Positions 26,495 to 38,683 of a stretch of 64,000 bases of DNA are shown in pieces. Origin of the DNA: Pecten maximus. Its lineage: Eukaryota. Location: positions 22,754,001-22,818,000 of the forward strand of contig NC_047022.1 in NCBI RefSeq assembly GCF_902652985.1, written 5' to 3'. The notes beneath the pieces were generated by a model. That model was not told the origin of the DNA and ran no database searches. It worked only from the letters and a program-made list of their open reading frames with translations. The position numbers and the translations under genes were made by a program. Position 1 is the first letter of the stretch, and each line of letters opens with the position of its first letter.

Positions 26495-28172
26495 GTAGAG
26501 TCGTAGGTAAAGTAGTAGGTAAAGTAGTAGATAAAGTATTAGGTAAAGCAGTAGGTAAAGTAGCAGATAAAGTAGAAGATAAAATGGTAGGTAAAGTATT
26601 AGGTAAAGTAGTAGGTAAAATAATAGGTAAAGTAGAGGTAGAGTAGTAGGTAAAGTAGTAGGTAAAGTAAAGGTAACTTAGTAGGTAAAGTAGTAGGTAA
26701 AGTAATAGGTAAAGTAGAGGTAGAGTAGTAGGTAATGTAGCAGGTAAAGTAGTAGGTAAAGTAGAAGTAAAGTAGTAGGTAAATATGGTAGGTAAAGTAG
26801 AGGTAAAAGTAGTAGGTAGAGTAGTAGGTAAAGTAGTAGGTAAAGTAGTAGGTAAAGTAGAGGTAAAGTAGTAGGTAAAGTAGAGGTAAAGTAGTAGGTA
26901 AAGTAGAGGTAAAGTAGAGGTAAAGTAGAGGTAAAGTAGTAGGTAAAGTAGAGGTAGAGTAGTAGGTAAAGTAGTAGGTAAAGTAGTAGGTAAAGTAGAA
27001 GTAAAGTAGTAGGTAAAGTAGTAGGTAAAGTAGTAGGTAAAGTAGTAGGTAAATAATAGGTAAAGTAGTAGGTAAAGTAGTAGGTAAAATAATAGGTAAA
27101 GTAGTAGGTAAAATAATAGGTAAAGTAGTAGGTAAAGTAGTAGGTAAAGTAGTAGGTAAAGTAAAGGTAACTTAGTAGGTAAAGTAGTAGGTAAAGTAAT
27201 AGGTAAAGTAGAGGTAGAGTAGTAGGTAATGTAGCAGGTAAAGTAGTAGGTAAAGTAGTAGGTAAAGTAAAGGTAACTTAGTAGGTAAAGTAGTAGGTAA
27301 AGTAATAGGTAAAGTAGAGGTAGAGTAGTAGGTAATGTAGCAGGTAAAGTAGTAGGTAAAGTAGAAGTAAAGTAGTAGGTAAAGTGGTAGGTAAAGTAGA
27401 GGTAAAGTAGTAGGTAAAGTAATAGGTAAAGTAGAGGTAGAGTAGTAGGTAATGTAGCAGGTAAAGTAGTAGGTAAAGTAGAAGTAAATTAGTAGGTAAA
27501 GTAGAGGTAAAGTAGCAGGTAAAGTAGTAGGTAAAGTAGAGGTAAAGTAGAGGTAAAGTAGTAGGTAAAGTAATAGGTAAAGTAGAGGTAGAGTAGTAGG
27601 TAATGTAGTAGGTAAAGTAGTAGGTAAAGTAGAAGTAAAGTAGTAGGTAAAGTAGAGGTAAAGTAGCAGGTAAAGTAGTAGGTAAAGTAGTAGGTAAAGT
27701 AGTAGGTAAAGTAGTAGGTTAAGTAGTAGGTAAAGTAGTAGAGGTAAAGTAGTAGGTAAAGTAGTAGGTAAAGTAGAGGTAAAGTAGAGGTAAAGTAGTA
27801 GGTAAAGAAGAAGGTAAAGTAGTAGAGGTAAATTAGAAGATAAAGTAGTAGGTAAAGTAGAAGTAAAGTAGTAGGTAAAGTAGAGGTAAAGTAGCAGGTA
27901 AAGTAGTAGGTAAAGTAGTAGGTAAAGTAGTAGGTAAAGTAGTAGGTTAAGTAGCAGGTAAAGTAGTAGAGGTAAATTAGAAGATAAAGTAGTAGGTAAA
28001 GTAGAGGTAAAGTAGAGATAAAGTAGTAGGTAAAGTAGAGTTAAAGTAGTAATTAAGTAGTAGGTAGAGTAGTAGGTAAAGTAGTAGGTAAAGTAGTAGG
28101 TAAAGTAGTAGGTAAAGTAGTAGGTAAAGTAGTAGGTAAAGTAGAGTTAAAGTAGTAATTAAGTAGTAGGTA
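26495..28172. repeat. 1.7-kb AGTAGTAGGTAA (12-mer) / AGTAGAGGTAA (11-mer) simple-repeat array
   Basis: Direct reading; the plus strand has almost no C; lies between the divergent promoters of B and C. Confidence 0.96.
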
Positions 28173-29407
28173 GCTCTTTTTTATTATAATAGATCCATTT
28201 ATGTATCATTATAGCAGAATATACTATTTTGCCTGTTAATGTTCTTAAGATGCCATGAAAATGTAATAAAACTAGTTATACCTGAATGCTATCTCTTTGA
28301 GATGATGGATGACTATAACATACACATATATATACATTTATAAGAAACTTTGATGTTATTACAAGCATTTCACGTCCGGTAGTGACATTAGAAACAGAAG
28401 ACAACAAAACAGGGAGAACAGACAGATAAGAAGGAAAATTCACAAAAAATGTTTTTTATGCTTTCTTTATACCAGGGACATACATTGTTTGTACGTCCCT
28501 GTTTATACCATGTAAAATATATGATGTGCTGATTAATTTAGGAGATTGCTGAGTTTGCATATGTATACTTGTATTATGGAAAGGACATTGGTTAGTTGTG
28601 ATAACTTTCGTCCGACGAACCATTGTTTAAAGTTTATGCAATAAAATTGATTTAAATTTTTTATTTAAATTATAAATATGAACAAATTATGCGAGAGGAC
28701 ATTTGGACTTTTGTCAAAAAGAAAAAAAAGGAAAAAAAGATATTGAATACTGAATACGGTATTTAATTCATGCGACACATTAAACTAAAAGCTAACCTAT
28801 TAATTTATCATGATTGTGCTCAAAACTCATGAATACATTTGATTTGAAATTTTATCCAGCAGTTAATATAGTCATATCAATTGAAGATGCTACTTCACCG
28901 ACAAATAACTATGATCACGTGAAAAAAAGAAAAGGTTGTTATATATTTTATACAATGTCACAAGTGACATGCTTTCTACTGTTACCACCATCCTACAATT
29001 AAATCTTCTTTTATCTTTTAATCAGCAATTCATTGTACTCAGAATTTTTTTTGCTATGCTTCTATATTTTGTAAGTAAGTACGGGTTATTCTTATAAGTA
29101 GTCATTATAACTATATTTTGCCGTTTTGTTGTATCAATTAGGTAAAATTATTCACGCTGTGTTCCATTCTATTTGTTTAGAATAAGATGTAATAGACGGT
29201 CATTAATGTCAAAACGAGGTAACGATGGCCACATTAGGGAAACTAATGGGTTTAACGACCGTCTTGTACATGTGGCTGCTGTTAGATAAAAGTTTGAGCT
29301 AGGCCATTTATAGAAACTGTGACTATTTAGTGTTCAATACAGGGAAATGTGGATGTTTTACAGTTGTGCATGATCTGACCTTGCTATTTCAATGACCCTG
29401 CATTTAC

Positions 29408-29503
29408 AGACTTCCGTCTCGCACTGTATAAATAGAAGTTGTATCCATTCATTCACCGCACCACGTCTCCAGTTACTCACCCTTTGTCTTCTCGTCCAGT
29501 CCG
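29408..29503 (+). promoter_or_regulatory. Gene C core promoter and non-coding exon 1
   Basis: AGACTTCCGT-CTCGCAC-TGTATAAATAG (29408-29435), Inr-like CATTC, donor CCG|GTGAGT at 29503/29504. Confidence 0.8.
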
Positions 29504-30587
29504 GTGAGTGTTTATATTGGTCTTCGTTCGTTGTCTTACTACAACGTATAGATGATGTTTAATAAGCAAAAAGCTGATAGAATATTATTATTGCAATTAT
29601 ATGGAATCATGGACAGGGTATGGCAGCCATATATTGCCGCTTTGTCCATATTCGATTTATCTTGTGTCCAGAATATTTTATAGACAGAATAAACATAAAC
29701 AGAAAGAACTGATTCAAGATTGGTTTTCGTATGCACGTAAAATTGTATATTTAAACGTTGTTAAATCGAATTTTACGGCACCCGTGAAAATAATTTTTCA
29801 TGACCAAAATCCGTTATATATATATATACAAATGTATATTTTTTCCATCTGGACTATGTTCCGACTCCGCCTTCTAACTAAGCCTTTATCAACACACAAT
29901 CACAGATATTGTACATGTTACAAAAACGTTGATAGACCATATAAATGTACATTTTTATACTTAATGAAAGTAATGTATTATCTTGGCGTGTTTTAATATG
30001 TTTTTTTTTCTTAATATGACGCGACATGCTTCTGAACATTATTTATAGTTTAGCACAGAAATTCATGCAGTTTTATGACACATTTAAGAGTAGTTTATTA
30101 TTTAATGAAACAATCCAAATATCTTGAGACAACGAAGGAAAGTAACCATGGAAATGATATGTTCTGCAGTAGTTGGGTTGAACATCTTGCACATTGTAGT
30201 GGATTTTTTTTGAACTATATTTTAACATTTTTTGAAGACAGTGCTTTCGTCTATATCTGGTTAACTATGTATGTACTACGTAAACATGAAATACTAATTG
30301 AATTAACCTGAATTTTACGCTTCAGTGATTTGTTCAAGATAATTATAATGGTGACAGACGTTCGAATTCAGAAATATTTTTCATTTTTTGTTTTGTTTCA
30401 TTATGTGAAATACTAACATGTGGAGCTAAATTGATGGTGCTTTCAGAAATTAGCATGATATCCATGCAGTACTCGATTAGGTATTGTGTATTATGATTAA
30501 ACTAGAAGAAACGTCCTGATATTTTTTTATTGATATCAACATCAATATCATATGAAGTGCCGTCTCCATTTCAGAAGAAACCCCACA

Positions 30588-32455
30588 ATGAACACCTACA
30601 TCTGTCTGGCTTCATGCCTTTTGGTGGCCGTAAGCGCTGCAGGTAAATCGTGCAATACAGCAAACCGAACCTAATATCATCTTTTTAACATTATTTGAAA
30701 CATATTCTTATATCAATGAATTACTAGTAACTCACTTTGAAGAATTCATGGATTATCTTTAAGACTTAGCGATTGTAAATGTCAATGCACAAATATTTTT
30801 GACAGTACAAATAACATATATGACTGTGTTGCTCGAACTGTACGGCGGAGAGTTCTCATCTAGAATTGGCTATGTACCCATGTATACTATACTTATCTGT
30901 AAGTTTACCAACACTCCGTATCCTGAGCTGATTGTCAAAACGGAAGTGATTTTGGGATCTTTTGTTTTTCTCGGGTTTGTGGTTAAGAATTATGTACAGA
31001 CATTATGTATACCTACATGACATATAAGTTTATTGTACCTGTGTAATCTAATACGTGTATCTTTGACAGGTTATGGAAGTGGATCCGGAAATGGATTTGG
31101 TAATGGCGGCGGAAATGGATTCGGAAACGGAAACGGTTACGGAAACGGCAATGGCGCCGGAAATGGAGGATCTGGATTTGGACGTGAGTGTGAATTGAAT
31201 AGATTGCAGAAGTGAATAATATGTTTTGTGAAGAATAACATATCGTAAGATCGATAAACTAGTATATATATTTAAAGATATGTTTATGTTAGTGAATGCT
31301 TCAGCCGATATTATAAGTAACAGAATTTGCATATCACACTTGAAGCTACCTGGGTATCTAACAAGATGTATGGTATCTATATTATATTATATTTATTGTA
31401 TTAATATATATTAATCTATATTTTGTTTATGAGAATTTAGATTTACCCTGATCGGATTGAATTTTGAAGTTGAATTGAAGTTTAAAACAAGTTTTTTGTA
31501 CAAATTATCAAAAAATATCAACGCTAATTTTGTTCTTTTATTTCAGGATATAGAAGAGCAGGTGGGTATCAACGATTTTCATGTCGTTTGTTTCCTTTTG
31601 TCGATTGAAATTAGGTTTTCCCTATATGTAATTATAGATATGATATCATTATGTGTCAAAATCAAGAACCTTCTGATCGAAGTTTGTACTTAGAATTAAC
31701 AAATGACTCCACTGAAATGAAGGTTATAGTAGCATATTACTGTTGAAACTATTGTTCAATGATACATACGATATCAGCTCATTTATCTACTATCAATATA
31801 AATGTTTACCCTAGGATACGGAGGTGGTGCCGGAAGTATGGGCGGAGGATTTGGTGGCTCTGGAATGGGAGGAAAAGGTGGATTCGGAGGAATGAACGGC
31901 GGCGGATTCGGAGGAATGAACGGCGGTGGAATGGGAGGAATAAACGGCGGTGGAATGGGAGGAATGAACGGCGGTGGAATGGGAGGAATGAACGGCGGTG
32001 GAATGGGAGGCAAAGGAGGATTCGGAGGGATGAACGGCGGTGGATTCGGAGGAATGAACGGAGGCGGATTCGGAGGAATGAACGGCGGTGGAATGGGAAG
32101 CAAAGGAGGATTCGGAGGAATGAACGGCGGTGGATTCGGAGGAATGAACGGAGGCGGATTCGGAGGAATGGGCGGTGGAATGGGAGGTGGAATGGGCGGT
32201 GGAAAAGGTAGTTACATAATTGTCGGTTTTTTATTATCCACGTTTGGCGTTTCTACCGGTTCTATTATATGAAATAGTTATGATATTATTTAATTATACT
32301 ATTTTTAATAATACTTCGATATTATATTATTCATGATGATCAATTGCAGCTTTACGTGCTTTGATTATTTTGTAAATGATAAAACGCACATATTATACTT
32401 GACTTGTGTATTGAATTCTAACCAGGTATGCCTTGTTTTACTTCCAGGATATTAG
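30588..32455 (+). CDS. Gene C: pro-abductin-like precursor, 194 aa, 5 coding exons
   Basis: Exons 30588-30642 (MNTYICLASCLLVAVSAA), 31070-31183 (Gly-Asn peptide), 31547-31561 (RYRRA microexon), 31815-32207 (GYGGGAGSMGGGFGG...GGFGGMNGGG...GGK), 32448-32455 (GY stop); 585 nt; all introns phase 1 GT-AG; AATAAA 32505-32510. Confidence 0.9.
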
Positions 32456-35362
32456 ATGACCTGCTTGTCCCTTTGCTATTTTACATAATCATAATGTAGA
32501 TACAAATAAAATATTTAAATATTCCATTTTCTTGTTTGTATATGTTTATTTTTATCGAACATAGAGGAATCTTTATTACCGTATGTTCGAGTACAACAAA
32601 TTAAAAATACAGTGAAACGTATCATGAACAACTTGATAATTCGATGTCCCTATGCAATTTAGCTCCTAGTACAATAGGCGAGGATTGCTCTAGAGTGTTC
32701 TCTGACGTTTTTTATTGACGGTAATTCCATTTCCATCTTAACTTCCATCTCAATGTCGCTGCTTATCTGACTTGGAGAAGTTGAAATTATCAGGGAAGAA
32801 AACGCATTGTCATTCTTTGACCTTTTCCTCGCGAGCGATTTAACATTGGTGTTGACTTGTTCAGTTTCTTTGTCCCAGGATATTGTGGGCGAGGATGGTG
32901 ATGGACAATCATGTAAAGCCAGCAAGTAAATGCTTTCTTTTCTTTTAAATAAAAAGTGTCGTTTTGTGAGTTGTTATTCATAAGTATCCCTGCTTCAACG
33001 GATTCAAAATAAAATTCCCCGGTTCACCCTCCAGTCAGTTCCTTTATCAATTTACCCCTTCTGCATATTCTATTCGCAATTTTGAGTATTGTGTTTTGAT
33101 AACTGCCAGGACTAATATTACATAAAATGGTCAAGTGTATTCTGCCAAACTTTGGTTAGCAAATCAGCATAAAGAATGGCAAGATATAACTTTAAGAAAG
33201 AGACAATGAAGTTGCGACGAAAATATCTCAATTATTGAATATGACTATTTAGAAAATTTTATTGGAAAATAGTCCTGTCTTCACTTCTGAATTGACCGTG
33301 AACGCCCCTTTTGTAAATTGATATGCATTCTATGACAATACTTAACCGTAAGCATTTGTGGAGGAGAGCATTAGAGAGTAATCTGGGTTTTATAACGCCC
33401 TTTTCAATCCTGACAGGTAAGAACACCTCAGACTTATGTCTCTTGTTTGGATAAGTTAGATATATAGTAACTAAGATTAACGAGTTTAAAAAGATAATGG
33501 ATCATATTATTATAACCCCTTCTCTGTCATGGGGTATCAATTAATTGATTCGAATAATGGCTACATAGGCTCATCAGCTTGATTTGTTGCGAAGACATTT
33601 TCTAATCAATTGATCAATTGGCCAGGCTATTGAAACCAAAGAAATGAGACCAGACCAGACCAGACCAGACTATGTTTTAAAGTATGCCTTTAAATATCTT
33701 TTAAAAGCAGATTTTTGCATGATACAGTATATGCTAATATAGGTGTTTAGTCCTTCTAGGACTCTTTAGTTATTATCAAAAGTGGCAATCCAGATGGCGA
33801 ATCAGGAAAATCGAAATCGGCCGCGAAAAAATCTTTAAAATATAGCAAAAAGAATAAATTAGAGTTAATGTATTAACTTGGCATGATAGTCAATTGCATA
33901 TTTATCGATATTTATAAAGGAAAATGTTTGGCTATTCTGAAGAAGGAAAATACACAAAGAATCATTTTGATTTTTAACAGATGTATATGATATTCATTAA
34001 AGTTCTTTTCACAACAATAATTCATCAAAATCATGGATTTACAAACATCATGTATGGGGTTCCTGGTTCTCGGGATTGAACAGATGCATGTTTCTCTCAT
34101 ATCTCGCCATGTTGGATAGAGTTTGCCCATGTAAGAAAGCTATGTAAGATAAATCTATCTTTCATAGCATTTCACGCGCGCGGAGTAATCTGCGTTCAAG
34201 GGGGACAACTCTTACAAAGTCTACATCCGACAGTCCTTAGATTTATTATATCGTCGGTGTCGGTTTTGAAACGTTGGATTTAACTATACAAATACATACA
34301 TTCTGAGATAAATATATATCATATCAGCAATAAACCAATAGGGCTACACGGTTAAACGATTAGACATTTCATATGAGCGAAAATATAACTCCGTTACTGT
34401 ACTGACTATGCCTACAGGCCTGTTGTAACAGTTACAGTACTGTACAGTACAGACTTATCCGAAGGGTTCTGATGTTAATATCGCCTTACAAGCTGCCTTG
34501 TCGCTACGTAGTAAGATCGTCAGAAAATTCGGACTAAGTACAGACGGGCTTACCCTACAGGTTTGTCATTTGCCATTAAAAACATGCAAACACACACAAT
34601 CACATGGCAATGATAGGAAGTTGAATAAAAGCCATAAATAAAAAAAAGTTTTTAAAAAAGAAAATGTCGAACATCACAACCGATGAAATGGTTCCGTTTG
34701 CGTCAGCATAGGGGCCTACTCAGTAATTAACCTGCGTATTTGGAAATTGGAAATTGGCTCTTAAATGAACAAACATTCGGTAAAAAGAAATATTTATTTT
34801 AATTGTAACACAGAAAAGATTGAATACTCGTATCGAGTCACTGTTCGCTGGTTCACACATGAAATCACCGTGAATTTAAAATTACCACCCACGAAACATC
34901 GCCCCGTCATGGCGATCGAGATCGACATCACTCCCAATAGCTTTGAACTATGAATGGAATTCCAATAACAGTCGTGACGTCATGCAGTGACGTAGTATTT
35001 CATAAAAAATGTGACTTGGCAATAAAAAGTACAGTGTGTTCCGTGAAATGATCAAATATGTCGAGGTGCAAATCAAATCATATGCAAAATTGGAAAACTC
35101 ATTTCAGCGTTGGATTTTTCAAAGTATTGTTGATAGAAATTCTTTTGCTCGGATGTTGACAATTTGATCACGGCCACGTCAAAAGTCGGTCAAGTTACGG
35201 CAATTTTTATCGGCGAATTCATTCGTACATCACCTAACCACAAAAGGAATGAAATTTGTGTGCAAAGTATTTTTAGTAAAAATGTCAAATTAAACCATTA
35301 AAAAAAATGAAGAAAATGGATGGCTGAGGGAACCTTTCAACAGAAATTTGGTAGTGATTTGA

Positions 35363-35573
35363 GGTTTGGTTTGTTTTTGTTTAACGTCCTATGAACAGCC
35401 AGGGTCATTTTAAGGACGTGCCAAGTTTTGGAGGTGGAGGAAAGCCGGAGTACCCGGAGAAAAACCATCGGCCTACAGTCAGTACCTGGTAACTGCCCCG
35501 AACTCGCAACCCAGAGGTGGAGGGCTAGTGATAATGTGTCGGGACACCTTAACCACTCGGCCACCGCGGCCCC
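35363..35573 (-). mobile_element. tRNA-derived V-SINE-like element
   Basis: Head GGGGCCGCGGTGGCCGAGTGGTTAAG (A box), partial B box GAGTTCG, V-domain-like GGTTTTTCTCCGGGTACTCCGGCTTTCCTCCAC, tail GGACGTTAAAC(AAAC)n. Confidence 0.8.
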
Positions 35574-35592
35574 TTATTGATATGAGAGAAAC

Positions 35593-35747
35593 AGACTCTT
35601 TCATTATGTGTGTATGTAGGATAGGGATATTCCTCCCTCGGGGTCACAAAATGTAGTAAAGCCCTCGGCAAGCCTCGGGTTTCACCACATTTTGTGCCCC
35701 CTCGGGTGGAATATCCCTATCCTACATATACACATATGAAAGAGTCT
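35593..35747. mobile_element. 155-bp foldback element
   Basis: AGACTCTTTCAT...GTAGGATAGGGATATTCC / GGAATATCCCTATCCTAC...ATGAAAGAGTCT, centre CCCTCGGCAAGCCTCGGG. Confidence 0.75.
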
Positions 35748-36129
35748 TATAATATGTTGCTGAATCTGTTAAGACTTGACATCTAAATGATTTATTTTGA
35801 CAGGGTTTATTTTACTCTATAGATATATTTTCGTCTTGTCTATAACTAGGTTATTGGCCATATCCTTTCCGCATTAATTGCTTTTTATAATTCCAATATA
35901 TTGATAAGTACGATCTAGAATAGAATTTTTGTTAAAAATTCTAATATATGCTATTGATGACCTCAGACATTTTAGAACAGATAAGGGAATATTTTTCACA
36001 AAAGGGATTAATTAAAATGGACAAAACATTTACTGATGTTTGTTCTAAGGAAACACAAGTTATTGACACATTATTCAAGAATTAAAAGATTAGTAATAGA
36101 TGAGGAAAGCATCGTCTATGGACGGGAAA

Positions 36130-36500
36130 ATGTACACAAATCTTTTTAAAGTGCTAATTCGACCTTATTTAGAATCAACTGAAAGTGTTTGGAGTCCATA
36201 AAAAATAGGATATTGAAAGGACAGAGAGCGTTCAAAGAAGCAGACTATTATAAACTTCCAACTCTAGCATGTAGGCGCGTGCGCGGAGATATGATCAACA
36301 TGTTCAAGTTGGTAAATGGGCTCTATGATCCGAATTTAGTGGATTGTTCGATATTGCCACCACAAGGGGAAAACTCGGGGACAAAGTATAAACAAGGTTA
36401 AACAACATTGTCACTTTAATATTAGTAATCATTATTTTACTCAACGAATAATTCATAACTGAAATAGTCTCCTTTCAGATGTTATTTCATCTCGTAATGT
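36130..36500 (+). mobile_element. CR1-clade LINE 3' fragment (second copy at ~45865-46210)
   Basis: LIRPYLE..VWSP and LPTLACRRVRGDMINMFKLVNG resemble the CR1 ORF2 C-terminal RRxRGDLI motif; degraded. Confidence 0.7.
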
Positions 36501-38368
36501 CATTTAACTTTGACAACAAACTTTCTGGAAATATCTGAAAATTGACCATTCAGCCTTTTTTTATAAAGGCTTAATTTATGTTTTCCAAACTGAATTTCAT
36601 ATAGTTCGTGGAAATATACATCGTATATTGATGCCGAGTCCATTTATTTCCTATCAAATCCCATTGATATATTTTAAATGATATATCCGTCTACAATGTT
36701 CAACAGTTTCGTCCACCTAGGACTCAAGCGTGTTGCTAGGGGTTCTAAAATGTGGCCTTCTGTAAGAGTTTCTATAAGAATAATGTTCAGCCATTTTGGA
36801 AGAAAGCGGATTTACACAATATTCAATAAATATTGATATTGAACAATTTTTAAACAACATCAAATACGTGAAAAAAATCTGAAATTTTGTCGCTAATAAT
36901 AAAAACATGAGATGTGGCATATCGGAAAACTAGTTGTATACAATTACACACAAGGTTCGACTGTCACCACATAAACATGCCATGCCACATTACGTGTGTT
37001 TCTTAATCTAGGCTTTGGATAATCCTTAAATAGAGTAATTTTAAGTGGTAGGTTCGACAGAGATCACAGACTTCCAAATGAGTACAACAAGCAGGAGCCA
37101 GCAAGAGAACAATACAAACAGTCTATTCTATATTATCTCACTTTGATGAAAAGTTATCTTACAGTACTGTGAGTTTTCTATGTGTATATATACTGAATTT
37201 TTCCATAAACAATATTCCTCTCTCCTACTTAGGAGAAACGTTCTTTGTTTGGAAATACATGTATATAATTATGTATATGTTTTTATTAGCTGCTAATTTT
37301 CTTTCTTCATAGGGGAAAGAACAAAAAGATCCTGAGGGGATACTGTCCTTTATTGATAGGAAGATAAGCCAAGACATCTGAAGCTATAATACACACTACC
37401 TATAGAAATCTGGACATGTTAATCAATATCAGACTTCTACGCCAGAAACACTCTGTGAATTCGAGACCAGTAACAATTTTTTTATTGAACATACCGATCT
37501 GTATTCGACCTAAAAACTGTAAAATCTACATGATGTCCAAATTTAAATAGCATAATTTTGTACAAGAGTATTCGAATTAAAAACTGTGAAACGATTCTAA
37601 TAACATATTTCCATTTGATCTGCATCACCACTCTATAACATTACCAAAAAAAAAGGTTCAGGTGATCATTCTCACATAATTCCCTTTGGTGTGGCGATAT
37701 GACGTCGTTTTTTCTAACGTCACTGTATTGGGTGTTTTATTTACCCCAAGGAAAGAAACTGATTAATTAAAGTAACTCACAACAAAAGTGAACACCATCA
37801 CATTGGAAAATATTGATTAAAATGTTGAAAACAAATGTATTATTTTGTATTTACACAAACTATATGTTTTGCCGCGAACGGTCGCGCTACGTCAAACAGC
37901 GCGAAATTGACTTTGGACACAACGTGAAATTGACATCGGAATGCGCAAAACTGTTACAGGTTGAACATAAGAAAAATGTTAAACGGAAATATAAGTATTA
38001 AACTGCCGCCTTTGTAAGGCTATCGTTCTATAATTCACACATGATTGTAGACCAATCAATCACACAAGCTTTACTAATTTGTCTGCAGTCATGTGATAAT
38101 TATGGGACAATAATTCTCTAAGGCAGTTAAATGCTGAAATATTCCTAACTTGGTTCTACTTAAAATGTGATGTTACAAATGTAGGTATTAATTAGCAAAT
38201 GGAATAACAAACTAAGCACACAAACAAATTGATGAGAAAATAATTGAATAAAACCCACATCTGCATTATTTTTTTTATTTCATACATATCTCATTATCAA
38301 AATAAAATGATGAAGTGGGAATTAAAAAGTTATTACAACTTATGAAACGCCCTCTCCCGACATAAATT

Positions 38369-38683
38369 AAACAAGTGCGATCATTGATTGCGAAAGCTCA
38401 CCCGCGGTAGCAATCACACTATGCATTCATTTTTTATGTATGTATAAGCATGTCATTTTGAAATTGTACATCGCATAATATCGCTTCTAGACCTCTAATG
38501 GATTATAAACCAAATAAGAAGGGTGTGGCTTTCCAAATTTAGCCCCAAAATCTTTAAAGAGGGTTTTTGTGCAAAAACAATTAAGTCAACTAAATGGTAA
38601 AATGCCAAAAAAATCACAATTTTTTTTTCTGCATGAATTTGCCATAACATCACTCCTGGACCTCGTAACCGGTGAGCTAATAA
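38369..38683 (-). mobile_element. Helentron/HINE-like non-autonomous element, internally deleted
   Basis: Ends AACAAGTGCG...AGCTCACCCGC and CCGGTGAGCTAATAA (subterminal inverted AGCTCACC/GGTGAGCT); absent at the equivalent site in unit 2 (~48010). Confidence 0.65.

Noticed and set aside
26464-26646. VVGK-repeat ORF
   Set aside because: Translation of the simple-repeat array edge
32426-32499. Alternative acceptor 22 nt upstream giving a hydrophobic tail GMPCFTSRILDDLLVPLLFYIIIM (possible membrane or GPI anchor)
   Set aside because: That CAG directly follows the likely branch point TTCTAAC with no pyrimidine tract, so use is unlikely; its presence in D and E only reflects recent duplication. 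Junction reads could revive it
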